Origin: Rhynchobatus australiae
Taxonomy: Eukaryota
Direction: 5' to 3'
Assembly: GCA_034780895.1 (NCBI GenBank)
Contig: JAUZTB010000027.1
Span: 33,535,719-33,599,718 of the forward strand
DNA length: 64,000 nt
Shown: one piece after another, positions 1 through 12,099 of the stretch
How positions within the stretch are numbered: the first letter of the stretch is position 1
Layout: each line of letters starts with the position of its first letter
Notes under the pieces: generated by a model
The model's input: the letters and a program-made list of their open reading frames with translations, nothing else
What the model was told of the DNA's origin: nothing
Databases searched by the model: none
Translations under genes and position numbers: made by a program

Positions 1-62
1 CGACTGTCCATTTCCCTCCGTAGATGCTGCCTGACCTGCTGAGTTCCTCCAGCATCTTGTGT
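1..62 (+). mobile_element. Penelope-like pseudo-LTR-derived short repeat (3' part, cut by window edge)
   Basis: gactgtccatttccctcc..gatgctgcctgacctgctgagttcctccagc, the same motif as copies at 18.3-18.9 kb, 43.4 kb and 48.4 kb. Confidence 0.7.
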
Positions 63-231
63 GCAACTGCCAAAGTAGCATGCTACAACAAGCTCCGTCA
101 GGGTATGATGTTATCGGATACAGGTTACCAGACAGAGGAAAATATTCAGCGATGTTTTGAGAGTGTGAATTTCTTTATTACCAAGATTAAAACCCATTTG
201 GTCAGCTGTTTCTGTTGTTTCCATCCATTTT

Positions 232-516
232 CTTGGAAAAGGTATAACATCACTGTGGACTTCTTGGGCCTAAGACTGCTCAAAATGGAGGAGAAACATT
301 CAAGATGGCATTGAGAAACTCAAGTCTATCCGTGGGAGTACACAGGAACCCAGCATAAATGGCAGAAGGGGTGTACTACTTCCCAAACTATCCACATGCC
401 TGCCCAGTCCCTGCCCCAAGCCACCTATGGTGGAGTCTGTGGGTCCCACATTGGCCTCATCAACCTTGTTAGAACCAACTGAACTGATTCACCCCAAGGC
501 ACTGCCTAAGAAGATA
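232..516 (+). mobile_element. RTE-clade LINE 3' end remnant
   Basis: Decayed C-terminal zinc-finger-like motif GVCGSHIGLINLVRT (432-476) followed by an RTE-like tail ..gcactgcctaagaaga. Confidence 0.6.
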
Positions 517-517
517 A

Positions 518-745
518 CATAGCTCTAAGTTAAGCAGCAGAAAATTTAGAGGGGACTTGAGGAAGAAATCTGGAATGCACTGCACCTGAGGGGCTTGTGC
601 AGGCAAGTATGCTCACAACATTTAAGAAGTAATTAGATGAACATTTGAAACCCATTGTTTAAAAGGCTATGAACCAAGTGGTGGATAATGGCAACAGCAC
701 CGATAAGTGCATCGAAGGGACTGTCCACACGCACTATGATTTTAA
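518..745 (+). mobile_element. CR1/HER1-like LINE 3' fragment
   Basis: tttagaggggacttgaggaagaa..tggaatgcactg..acatttaagaagtaattagatga resembles the other CR1 3' ends in the window (e.g. 58600-58890). Confidence 0.65.
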
Positions 746-1699
746 AAAGTGAAGTTCAGCTGCAAAGAATCTTAAAGGCAGAACTTGAGAAAAGTGACAA
801 TGAAAGACAACAGAGTTGGTCCAGGAAATTTCAGAATAATACTTATTTAAGCATTTGAAAGCAAGCAAGGAAAAATAGAAACATCCTTTGTATCCTACCA
901 ATGGTGATTAAGCCAAAAACTCTGCAAAGGTATGTGAATCATAGAGAAAGTGCGTTGTCATTTTAAAATATTTGTTGAGAAGGAATATTCAATGAATGAG
1001 AAGAAATTGTTAAGGGTTTTATTGCCTTCCATTACTCATTTAATATCTTTGTATAAACTCCTCAGCCCATGTTCACAGTTACTCCCTTAGTGCATGGTTT
1101 TGCTCCTCCTACTGTTCCAATCACAGTGTTCAATTGTATCATTTTCCAGCGCAGGCCTCACCCTGATTCCTTGTGGCTGCCCTTGCACTTCCATTCACGG
1201 TGACTTTCAAGTACACTCTTGCCTCAATGGATAGATCACTTTTTTTCCCATGAAAACCAAGTTGGCTATCCTCCTGGTGCACCCCCCATCTCTTCTGAAA
1301 TTGAAGACTTCAATGAATATGATAAATGAGTTGGTTTGTTGATCTATCTGGACCACATATCTGCCAGAACTGCAAATGTAATACCTCGTTTCTTCCCCCT
1401 ACTGCAGCCTATCTGCTTAAACCTTACGTCTCCTGTGTCGTCCACCTTGTGCATCAGGTTTCTTTATAGCTAAGACCGAAACCGTCTGCTAAAATGCATT
1501 TGTTGTTTTCCTCCTTTTTCCTGACTCCTTCAGGTCTAATCCCTTAAGTTATTCCTTTAGTCCTGAATTGACGTCATTTGTTTCTTTGCTATCTGCACGT
1601 TGCCTCAGGGAGCTCACCATGTCCAGGGAATCCATTCCTCTCAACCCAAGATATCCAAGCATCTTATGCTGATTATCTTTTTAACTACATATTATCATT

Positions 1700-2995
1700 T
1701 AAATACAATTGGTAGCTAAGGGATAAATGGAAAATTAAGCTGAACTGTCTAGAATTAAAGTGCACAGTATTGGGAACAACTGGTTGACAGACAGAATATA
1801 GAGAGCAGAAATAAATGGGTCTTTTTCTGGGCGGCAGGAGTTAGTGGCATAGTGCAGAGATCAGTGTTGGACCTCAACTTTTCACAGTTATATATTAACC
1901 ATTTTGATGAGGAAACAAAATGTAATATTTTAACATTCGTTGATGACACTAAACCAGGCTAATGAATTGTATGGAAGATGAAAAGAGGCTTCAAGGACCT
2001 TAGACTGAGCAAGTGGGCAAAACTCTGTTATAAGCAGCATGATGTAGATAAATGTGAAATTATCCACTTTGTGAGGAAAGAAGAAAGACAGCATAATATT
2101 TGAATAGACANNNNNNNNNNNNNNNNNNNNNNNNNNNNNNNNNNNNNNNNNNNNNNNNNNNNNNNNNNNNNNNNNNNNNNNNNNNNNNNNNNNNNNNNNN
2201 NNNNNNNNNNTAATATTTGAATAGACACAGTTAGATTGGGAAGTGTTAACATACAGAGACTTGGGTGTTCTTTTACATCAGTCACTGAAAGCCACCATGG
2301 GGATACAGCGAGCAGGTAAGAAGACAAATGGTATGCTGGCCGTCATAACAAGAAGATTTGAGGACTGGAGCAAGGATGTCTTACCGCAGAGCCTTGGCAT
2401 TAGTGCATCAGGACTATTAAGTGCAGTTTTGATCTCCTTACTTAAGAAGGAGTGCAACTGAGATTCACCAGACCAGTTCCTGAGTTGACAGGCCTGCTGA
2501 ATGAGGAGAGATTTAATCAACTCAGTTTGCATTCATTTGAAATTCAAAGATTACAAAATTCTGAAAGGGCCAGACAGACTGGATGTTTTGCCTAGCTGTG
2601 TGGGTCGAGATTGAGGAGCTCTCAAGGAATTCTCAAGAAATGATGTAAGATGTTCTGGACTAAAATGAGGAGAAATGTTTTCACTCAGAGGGTGATAAAC
2701 CTGTGAGTTTGTTACCTCAGAGGGTTGNNNNNNNNNNNNNNNNNNNNNNNNNNNNNNNNNNNNNNNNNNNNNNNNNNNNNNNNNNNNNNNNNNNNNNNNN
2801 NNNNNNNNNNNNNNNNNNNNNNNNNNNTGTGGAACCATGTTGCTAAGTATAGTCAAGAAGGAGATAGATAAATGTCTGGATGAAAAAGGCATCAAAGGGA
2901 GATAACAGGAATATGGTACTGAGATCAGTGATCAGCCCTGAATGACAGAGCATGCTCGCAAGGCCTACTCCTGCTTTGATATTTCTGTGTTTGTG
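1700..2995 (+). mobile_element. CR1/HER1-like LINE, RT C-terminal half and 3' end, degenerate
   Basis: Remnants of SGVPQGSVLGP (ttagtggcatagtgcagagatcagtgttggacctc), FADDTK (ttcgttgatgacactaaa), RDLGVL and FFTQRVV, interrupted by stops and two N gaps. Confidence 0.85.
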
Positions 2996-3044
2996 TTATG
3001 TTTTACAAACTGCCGATCAAATAAACTCCCTTCTTGTCCCTCAG

Positions 3045-3225
3045 TTAGCTAATGTTTTTAAGCAATTCAATCACCGTAGATACTGTTCCCCTCTCCTTTA
3101 AATCTGCCCTCATCTCTCCTCATTGAAACCTAAACCGAGACAACTCTGTTGTTGCAAATTACCAACCCATCTTGAGCCACCTTTTCTTGAATATTTTGTA
3201 ACTTGCCAACTTGTGGCCTCCTTTC
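3045..3225 (+). mobile_element. L2-clade LINE RT fragment
   Basis: Encodes TVPLSFKSALISP..ANYQPI (L2 consensus ..FKxAxITPLLKK..NYRPIS). Confidence 0.6.
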
Positions 3226-3495
3226 CTCAGCCGAGAAATAGGATTACAAGGCATTTTTTTAAAGTATGATGTAATCCAAAATTGATTTTACCTGGAGTAG
3301 ATTGCATTAGCAATTGATTCTGGGTTAACTCAGATGTGCTGAGCACTTTCATTTGAGACCCACCTAAGTGTGCCTGACCTAGGCTGGTGTCAGGCATCCA
3401 GCTAATGACATCACTGGTCAAGCAAAGCATATGTTTCTGACTTCATCAAAGAAATTGGTGCTCAAAACTTCCCACGATAACTAATGTTAAACTGT

Positions 3496-5267
3496 CTCAC
3501 AGCGATCCAGAACCCTACAAGAAGTCCAGGTATGACGGAAGGCCATTGTGAAAGCAAAATGGCAATTCCGTGTGAATTTAGAGACACAATCGGATGCATG
3601 ACAACTCTGGCAGGGTTTGCATTGCCATTACTTCCTATAATGTGAAACCTAATAGCATAAATGGCAGCGATGTTTCACTCACCAATGAGCTCAGCGCCTT
3701 TTATGCACACTTTGAAAGGGAGAATAACACAACACCTGTGCGAATCCCCACAGTATCCGGTGACCCTGTGATCTCTGTCTTGGAGGCTGATGTCAGATCA
3801 TCCTTCAAGAGGGTGAATGCTCGCAAGGCATCAGGCCCTGACAGTGTACCTGGCAGGGTACTGAAAATCTGTGCTGACCAACTGGCTGGAGTATTCAAGG
3901 ACATCTTTAACCTCTTACTGCTGCAGTCAGAGGTTCCGACCTACTTCAAAATGGCATCAATCATACCAGTGCTCAAGAAGAGCAGGGTGAGCTGCCTCAA
4001 TGACTGTCGCCCGGTGGCACTCACATCTACTGTGATGAAGTGCATGGTTCATCATGGCTAGAATTAACACCTGCCTGGGCAAGGAGCTGGACCCACTGCA
4101 ACTTGCCTACTGCCACAACAGGTCTACAGAGGACGAAATCTCACTGGCTCTCCACTCGGCTTTGGAATACCAAGACAACAGCAAAACATATGTCAGGACA
4201 AACATCCGTTTGTCGATTACAGCTCGGCATTCAACACTACCATCCCTTCAGTACTAATCAATCAGCTTCAAAACCTGGGCCTCTGTACCTCCCTCTGCAA
4301 CTGGATCCTCGATTTCCTTATCGGGAGACCACAGTCAGTGCGGATTGGTAATAACATCTCCTCCTCGCTGACATTCAGCACAAGCACACCTCAAGGATGT
4401 GTGCTTAGCCCACTGCTCTTCTCTCTCTACACTCATGACTGTGTGGCTAAGCACAGCTCAAGTGCCATCNNNNNNNNNNNNNNNNNNNNNNNNNNNGTAG
4501 GTGTACAGGAGTGAGATAGGTTGGCCGGTTGAGTGGGGTCGCAATAACAACCTTGAACTCAACATCAGCAAGACCAAGGAATTGATTGTGGACTTCAGGA
4601 AGGGGAAGTCTGGAGAAAACACACCAGTCCTCATTGAGGGGTCAGCAGCGGAAAGGGTGAGCAGTTTCAAGTTCCTGGGCATCAACATCTCAGAGGATCT
4701 ATCCTGGGCTGAACACATTGATACAATCATGAAGAAGGCACGCTAGCGGCTCTACTTCATTAGGAGATTTGATATGTCACAAAAGACTCTTGCAAATTTC
4801 TACAGATGTACGGTGGAGAACATTCTGACTGGTTGCATCACTGACTGGTATGGAGGCTCCAATGCGCAGGATTGAAAGAGGCTGCAGAGGTTTCTCAGCC
4901 AGCTCCATCACGGGCACAACCCTCCCTGCCATTGAGGACATCTTCAAGAGGTGGTGCTCAAGAAGGTGGCATCCATCATTAAGGACCTTCACCATATAGG
5001 ACATGCCCTGTTCTCATTATTACTATTGGGGATGAGGTACAGGAGCCTGAAGACCCAAACTCAACAATTTAGGAGCACCTTCTTTCCCTCTCCCATCAGA
5101 TTTCTGAACAGTCCATGAACTCATGAATACTACCTCATTATTCCTCTTTTGCTCCATTTATTGATTTCTGTAACTTATAGTAATTTTTATGTTTTGCACT
5201 GTACTGCAGCCACGGAACAAGAAATTTCATGACATTTGTCAGTGATAATAAACTTGATTCTGATTCT
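3496..5267 (+). mobile_element. Rex1/Babar-clade LINE, 5'-truncated, relatively young, RT pseudogene
   Basis: ORF pieces [91 protein letters not shown]. Ends in ataataaac followed by a (tgattc)n-type tail. Frameshifts and stops present. Confidence 0.92.
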
Positions 5268-6980
5268 AAATAAGAGACATTCTGCTGATATCCGGAGACT
5301 CAGACAGCCTAAGATCCAACTGATTACTTTTATCCACTTTTGGCTGCAGAGATACTCTTTCAATGGCCAGACTGCTATCAATTACTGGAGGCTTTGGATT
5401 AGGCTTTAGATCATAAGAAATATTTCTTTATGGTCTATGCCATACTTTCTGTTGGCTCCTATGATTCCTTTATCCTGAAGGAATCTACATTGTCAGACAT
5501 TGTCAGTGACCAGCACTGGTGTGAGGGATGGATCCTGGGGGCAAGAGCTACCCTCTACTTCAGTGCCTACTCACTGTTTGAACACCAACACAACAGCTGA
5601 GTGCAATATAATCAGTGCCACCAATTGAAGCTCTCCTTATTCCAATTGTTGACAGGGATAATTGACTGGAATAATACAGACAATGCATTAAGTTCCTTCA
5701 CATTCTGCTTGTACATCCATCTGTACTGACCACAGTACATCAACAAGTGAATTCCTGATCCGATTAGTTAATGATTGGCTCTCTATTTCCTGATGATTGT
5801 CATGTTGCTTCAAGATCCATGACCTGTACCCAAAATACACTTTCTCCAGAGCTGCTCCATTCAACAGGTCTCTACATTAGTTGAGAGTTTTTGCACTGCT
5901 GCTCAACATCACTGGTGGGTAATCAGCATTTTACTCAGTGCAACTGAAAATAATGTGATTATCTTGCAGTGTGTGGTAATGTGGATTTAAGGGCTAAGGT
6001 TTTGAGCCAAAGAAGTGTACACTCATTCAACAATGAGAAATCCCTCATGCAACTCCAAGTAAAGCTCTTTTTTGCATTGCATCAGTGGATCATTTCAAAG
6101 TACACACTATGGTAGAAGCATCACATTTCACCATTCATAGCAATTGGATGCGATAACTGTAGTGTGATGACTTCCTGCATGAGCAATCACTTTTCACCAA
6201 TGCTCTCTTAACTATTCCTTCCACTTTCAACCCTGTGCATGAAAGGGGGCTCCTTGAGAATGGCAACATTGAAGCTGATGCTTCAGTTCATCATGCAACC
6301 TCAATCATACTTTTCAGACTCGTATCTCTTCCCTAGAGGTACCTATTATCAGTATTGTAAGATAAGATAAAGCAGAGGAGAAGAATTCTGATATAGAAAT
6401 TAACATTAGAGGTCTCAGTATCTGTCTCTGAAGTTGCACACCCTGGTGCCTTTCCTGTTTGCCAACCTTGTAACTGGGTTTCAAAGTCTTAGTGCTGCAA
6501 CACTGTTCCTCCTGGGTGGCTGCAGTCTGGCTATAGGAACATCTGCTGCCTTTCAATAGAGTCCGTACAGATGACTCACAAGAAGGTCTTGCCATAGATG
6601 GGCTGACATCAGTGTATTGCACACGACTAACAGAAAGAGCAGTCTGGGATTCTAACTGAGGGGCACAGGTAAGTGTGCTGCTGGGAAGGTCGTGGGGGGA
6701 GGTAACTTCATGTGCTCTCTCAGGGAGTAGGTAGACAGTTGGAAGTCATTTGCTGATCTGCTAGCACCCAGATTGTACTATTGTCATTTCAACATCTGGA
6801 CCTGGAGCTGACTGGGCTGATAAACCCTGTGTTTGGTCTCTGATGTCTTTACTTTTCTCCTTTCAGCTTTCTGTACAGTCTGACAGTTCTCTACTCCAGA
6901 TGAAGATGTGTGTGAATGCAGGGGGAAGTTCCTGCTCCTAAAGAGAGATGATTTCAGTGTGCCTTCGTGTATGCTCCTGT

Positions 6981-7231
6981 GCAGCATCTCACTGTTTATG
7001 GAGAACAATAACCTGCTCATCTGTAGCTTCCCTTTACTCCTGTGGAACCACAAGCTACTCATGGATGGCATCCCTATGTTCCTTGAGAGCAGTAATCTTC
7101 TCAAGAATGACATCTCACTGCTCAAGGAGAACAGTGATCTGCTCACAAGTGGCATCTCTCTGTTCAATGAGGATATCAAGCTGATTGCTGCAGCATACTT
7201 TTGTTCCTGAACAACTTCAAACTGCTCCCTC
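6981..7231 (-). repeat. Cryptic 42-bp tandem repeat (6 units) encoding a decayed 14-aa coiled-coil repeat on the minus strand
   Basis: Units start at 6981, 7023, 7065, 7107, 7149 and 7190 (the 7149 unit is 41 bp). Minus-strand reading: EQRDATCEQITVLL/EQ*DVILEKITALK/EHRDAIHE*LVVPQ/E*REATDEQVIVLH/KQ*DAAQEH. Confidence 0.85.
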
Positions 7232-7779
7232 GTGGTAGAGATTGTACAGAAGCAGAAAGATGTTGGTTAGACACCTGAACAAGCTTGCACCATGACAGAG
7301 TTGTTACTGAACTGCAATTAGCTTCCACGGTGTGTGCCACCAGCTCTGCCTCCATACTAGCTCCTGTGAGAGCATGGAGCTGGAGTCCCCCACTCTTGTC
7401 AACTCCAAGAATCCCAACATGCAAACCTGACAATGTGCAAACCATCTCACTGTGCATCCATGTTATCTTTGTCCTGAATGCACAGCAATCATAGTCCTCA
7501 TCTAAGTATCATGGCGCAGTAGTGATACACATCCACAATCCCATCATTGTGAGCTCTGGCATATCCCTGCACCAGATTCCCTATACCTCATGCCTGGGTT
7601 TCCTGTCTGTGACATATAACCTATTCTGTTTACCCTTGTGTCAGTCTCTAAGAAGCTGCTATGGAGCACAGTGATGTACTACCATGTCCCCCTTTTCTTT
7701 TTTTCCTTCAGATTTCCTCTTGGTCTAATTAATAATATACTTGTTAAGGGGAAACAAGTAGCCTCTTCTCATTGAAGTA

Positions 7780-8050
7780 GTGGTGGTGCAGAGGTTAGAT
7801 TACCAGACTAGTAATCCAGAAGTTATCTGACTAAATTTGATTACTTTATAATCCAGAAATCTGAGTTCAACTGCACCACGGTGGCTGTGGAATTTAAATT
7901 TGAATTTATAATGGAATTTCAAAAAACACCTATTTATTCAGAATAATGTTCACTAAAATCCACCTAGATCACTAATATCCTTTAGGGGAGGATATTTGCC
8001 AACCAGGTCTGCTCTGGCTTGTAAGTGACTAAACTCAAGAATGCCCCCTT
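7780..8050 (+). mobile_element. tRNA-derived elasmobranch SINE, decayed
   Basis: A-box/B-box-like head (ggtgcagaggttag..ctgagttcaactgcacc) and body motifs ggaatttaaatt..cactaatatcctttaggg shared with 26470-26822 and 10100-10340. Confidence 0.65.
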
Positions 8051-8275
8051 CTGATGTGGGGGCCTGGCTCCTATTTCTTGCTGTTTCAGACTAAATGGAG
8101 TAGATGTGGAAGACAGAGCAACCTGTCCTTTATCCTATATTTGGATATTTGACTTCCATTGGGAGTTGGAGGGCATAGAATGTTAGTCAGTGTAGAGGGT
8201 GTGGATGGAGTAACAGTCTGTGTGATTGTGGGTGTGTGCATGAGAGTGCAGTATTTTCAGTGGTGTGCATTTCAC

Positions 8276-8530
8276 CTTGATATTTGCCATGTCATCATGA
8301 ATATTTACAGTGGCATTGCTCCATTTTCCATGAATCCTCATGTCTGGAGCAGACAATTTAAGCCACTTCCAGCTAAGTTCTTCTGATGTAGGCCATAGTG
8401 GGCCTCCATTTCACCCAGCACACAGAGCCTCCCCTCCTGGCATGTATCTCATTTATGTAGTCAGATAACTTTAGCAAGCATGCATAACTCATGGTGAACC
8501 CAAAATTGTCTATAACATTGAGTGCAATTC
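8276..8530 (-). pseudogene. PIF/Harbinger-type Myb/SANT-like (trihelix) DNA-binding gene, exon 1 remnant
   Basis: Minus strand reads INEIHARRGG..RPTMAYIRRT*LEVA*IVCSR..WKMEQCHCK.., matching the Harbinger Myb pattern (V..RR..L..RP....WxEVA..V....RTxxQCRKxFND). Ends at a donor-like AAG|GTGAAA (GT at 8274-8275). Confidence 0.6.
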
Positions 8531-9599
8531 CCATCTCAAGGTGGGAATTCAGTGTCAGTGCTGAACTTTTCAAACAGGCTGTAAACTGGAAAGAAACTCC
8601 TGAAGTATTTGTTGATGCAAACTCAGCTTCCTTCTGGACTTCCATAAGGTGACAATATCACCAAAGTAACAAGTCATCACACAAATAATAAGCTGAGTAG
8701 TAATTGGTGTGTCTGTCTGGCTCTGTCGTCAACAGGCATTTACAAATGTGAATATCAGGAAATGTTCCTTATCAAGTTTTATACTGCCAATGAACTCAAG
8801 CTGCTCTCCACCAACACATCTTTGTTCTGCAAATGGTTGGGTTTCAAGCATTCCTACCTCTGACAAACAGGATGGAGATGGTACAATCAAAAGGGAAGCT
8901 TGCATAAATTAAATTGTCACAGGTGTGATTATTGCATTAGTGAAGAGGGCTCAGAGAGACGGAGGGGGGGGGGGGGCAACTTGAAACGACCTATAGGCAA
9001 AACCTACTGAGGGGTTACCATGGTAAATTCTGTCTGAAGCCATCTAGAGTTAAAATAATACATAATATTTGGAATTAAAAGAATAGCTTGCAAGGGAACT
9101 GCACATGGGATAGACCACTTCTTAAAGCTGTGTAAAGATACAGAATACAGTTTCCAATATCTTGTAGCTTACCTTTCATGTAATGTTGTATGTGATATTA
9201 ACTGTAGTGTTTGTATTTGTATTATTTTGTAGCATTTGATCTGGTTTTAATAAACCGTTTTAAGAGTTCTGGGTTGTACTGCTCTGTGAGCTTTAACTGA
9301 TTTTCTCCACCTGGACAAGTTCAGGCCAAACTTAGAGGATATCTGTAGAATAAATTACCTACACTAATGAGGACATCCATGTCCCTTTTAGAAAATCCTG
9401 GGAGCTCTCTGCCTTTCCCCTTCATGCTAGCCATAATGTGAGTGTTGTGTACTTGTTACAGGAAGTGTGTCTTTGAGGGCTGTTATCCCTCTCTGATTTC
9501 AGCACAGCAGTGACAGATGCTGCACTGAATGGAGTGTGGTGCAGTCAGGAATCACACTTGTTTCAGGAGTAAAATGATGTTTCAGTACACCAAAAATAG

Positions 9600-9801
9600 G
9601 TGCAATGCTACCTCCAGGTTCTTGTTTGAATGCCTCCAATTAGGTATTTAGCCCTGCCCTAATATTGAAATGATTCTCATCAAAGTCATTAATGGCATTT
9701 CATGTAACTGTGGCCAAAGTAATCTATCCGTCCCTGCCCTTTGCAAATTGCCTGTGGTTTTTGACGTAATTGGCTACACCATCCTCCTCCAACACCTTTT
9801 C
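9600..9801 (+). mobile_element. L2-clade LINE RT fragment
   Basis: ILIKVINGISCNC..VVFDVIGYTILLQHL resembles L2 RT TALIKVTNDIL..SAAFDTVDHTILLQRL. Confidence 0.7.
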
Positions 9802-10099
9802 NNNNNNNNNNNNNNNNNNNNNNNNNNNNNNNNNNNNNNNNNNNNNNNNNNNNNNNNNNNNNNNNNNNNNNNNNNNNNNNNNNNNNNNNNNNNNNNNNNN
9901 NTTTCACTGTGATTCTGCTGGGTGGAGTACACTCAGCTGGTGTCATTTTTATTTGTCTCGTCATAGAGAATCAACTGCAATATTTTCTTGTGCCCCTGCA
10001 TCCTTGGTTGCCTTCTTTGGCACATGAACATACTGCCCCTGTAACAATCAATTGAATGTGGTGGTACTCTGATCAAATTACTTCACTAAAGATCCACAG

Positions 10100-10340
10100 A
10101 TCAGAGTTCATTATTCAACTGATATTCTAGATCTCTTTTAATAGCTTGTTATTAGTAATGATGATTATAAAGATACTGGATTGTTGTTTAAAAAACAACA
10201 GTTCATTAGCCTCCTTCCCTGGTTTAGCTTTGAGCCACCACTGTGGTTGACTATGAAATGGCCTAGCAAGCTACTCATTTCAAAGCAATTGGGATGGACA
10301 ATAAACACTGACCTGCTTAGGTCCTGAAAAATAAATTTAA
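10100..10340 (+). mobile_element. SINE remnant (same family as 7780 and 26470)
   Basis: tgtggttgactatgaaatggcctagcaagctactca..gcaattgggatggacaataaa tail. Confidence 0.6.
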
Positions 10341-10570
10341 AACCTTGGAAAATGCAGAGTCAGCTTCTGCATGATGATGCTTAGCTCACGCAACTAAATT
10401 ATTAATGTGTTTGTCTGACATCCAGAAGACACCCAGACCCCCACGTTATGGCTGTTCGGGTAACAGAAATTCATCCTTATGGAATTCACAAATCACTACC
10501 CAGAAATTTAAAATACAGAATAAAATTCAATCTAACAGAATTTATATGGAAAATAAATAGACACAAAATG

Positions 10571-11181
10571 CGAAAGAAGCAAAAACTTTTGACAATTTTT
10601 ATTTTTAGTTGCTCAATACCTTGGGGCAATGAGATTTGGATATGACGTCACTATGTCGATTGGATTGGCAGTCATAGCTGAGTCCCTCCTTTGCCACACC
10701 CTCTCCAGCCCTGGGACATCTGAACGGACATCTCAGAGTGCAGCGCTGCCGCACTTTTCATCTGTGAGACGTTTTCTCTGAGGTGCTCTATTGTGGGGAG
10801 CCACAGTAGCCATGGCCAGTTCCATAAAATTATTCCTTAGCCTTCACTTCACTTCCACTATATCATCGCACTTTAGCTCATTACCCCCCCAGAACTCCTT
10901 CTACACCATCTCTTTTCCACGAACCCTAATCCTTGAATCCCATCCCTTTCCCTGATATCCCCACTTTCTAAACTCTTTCGAAATCCACGAGAAAATACCT
11001 TGCAAATTGCTGCTGTTCTCTGAGATGTCTGTTCACATGTCCTCGGACTGGAGAGGGGTTGGCAAAGGATAGACTCAGTTATGACCGCCAATCGATACGG
11101 TGACGTCATTATCCAAATCTTGTTGCCCCAAAGTATTGAGTAACTAAAATTAAAATTTGACAAAATTTGTTGTTTCTTTCG
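10571..11181. repeat. Long imperfect inverted repeat (~200-bp arms, ~210-bp spacer)
   Basis: 10571-10780 aligns with the reverse complement of ~10988-11181, e.g. ttttagttgctcaataccttggggcaatgagatttggata vs ttttagttactcaatactttggggcaacaagatttggata. Confidence 0.9.
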
Positions 11182-11306
11182 GATGAGCCTTGGCCATCCC
11201 CTGAGTCTAATGTTGGCCTCAGTTGTTAAATAATGGTGGTGGGTCACTTTGTCATTGTTACAGGTTAGGTTACTATTGGTGAACGTTCCTTTAAGACATA
11301 GCACAG

Positions 11307-11308
<2 letters not shown>

Positions 11309-11337
<29 letters not shown>
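11309..11337. repeat. (GT)n microsatellite inside the solo LTR
   Basis: Perfect GT dinucleotide run. Confidence 0.95.
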
Positions 11338-11408
11338 GCGTGATGACAACAACAACAGGAGATAAGGCCATTATGACATTTTTGCAGCAGTTGGAGTCAG
11401 TCAAGCAA

Positions 11409-11412
<4 letters not shown>

Positions 11413-11445
<33 letters not shown>
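11413..11445. repeat. (AG)n microsatellite inside the solo LTR, next to an assembly gap
   Basis: Perfect AG dinucleotide run. Confidence 0.95.
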
Positions 11446-11447
<2 letters not shown>

Positions 11448-12099
11448 NNNNNNNNNNNNNNNNNNNNNNNNNNNNNNNNNNNNNNNNNNNNNNNNNNNNN
11501 NNNNNNNNNNNNNNNNNNNNNNNNNNNNNNNNNNNNNNNNNNNNNNNAGGAATGGAGATTATCAGTGATTGAGGTGTCGTATGAGTTCCATCGTGGAACA
11601 TTTGGATTGCGTAGTTACTCTCTATTTTCTCTCTACATATTCTCTTCAGTCAACGGTGGTTTTGCAGAAGCATTTGCTCACATTTCACCTTATGGTTTCC
11701 TGAACTGAACTTTGAGAACTATTCCTGGACTTGGAGTTTGGGAATTTGCTACATACGCAGTTCGAGTTTAGTTTTTGGGGTTAATGTTTAAGATCTAACA
11801 TTTTTACTTTTATTTTTCTTATTAGCATAAGTATTTATTAATAAAATAGTTTTTGACACTTATACATGACTCAGTGTGTTATCTTTTATAGTATGTATGT
11901 GACAGTCATAATCAATAAAATGGCTTAATATGAGAGACAAAACATCCCATCTCTGGTTATAACAGGGTTTCGTAGGAAGCCATCTCTGGTTATAACATGG
12001 GATTCCATGGGAAAAAGGGTTCATGTTACAGAAAGTTGCGATATGGACAGTTTTCTAGGAATGCAACTGCTCTGTAATGCCAGAGTTGTCTGTATTCCT

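Larger units (their letters stand above)
11256..11904 (+). mobile_element. Solo LTR of an LTR retrotransposon
   Basis: Begins TGTTACA and ends TGTGACA (TG..CA, near-perfect inverted ends), flanked by a perfect 5-bp TSD GTCAT (11251-11255 and 11905-11909), with AATAAA at 11840-11845. Confidence 0.85.
10434..12092. mobile_element. Tigger/pogo-like non-autonomous DNA transposon (MITE) hosting nested sequences
   Basis: Left end cagacccccacgttatgg and right end ctgtaatgccagagttgtctg|ta are imperfect inverted ends of Tigger type with TA on the right. An 18-bp subterminal direct repeat ccatctctggttataaca occurs at 11947 and 11980. Confidence 0.5.

Noticed and set aside
3594-4746. Long ORFs with reverse transcriptase motifs as a functional gene
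   Set aside because: Frameshifted, 5'-truncated Rex1 LINE, not an intact or host gene.
6908-7210. 100-aa Leu-rich plus-strand ORF with 14-aa periodicity
   Set aside because: It is the antisense shadow of the minus-strand coiled-coil repeat. The pattern of stop mutations points to the minus strand as the ancestral coding frame.
6981-7231. CRISPR-like periodic array
   Set aside because: Units are contiguous degenerate tandem repeats with no unique spacers, in vertebrate DNA with no cas genes.
8916-9440. Possible second solo LTR (starts tgtcaca, AATAAA near 9249)
   Set aside because: No clear CA terminus or target-site duplication could be identified.
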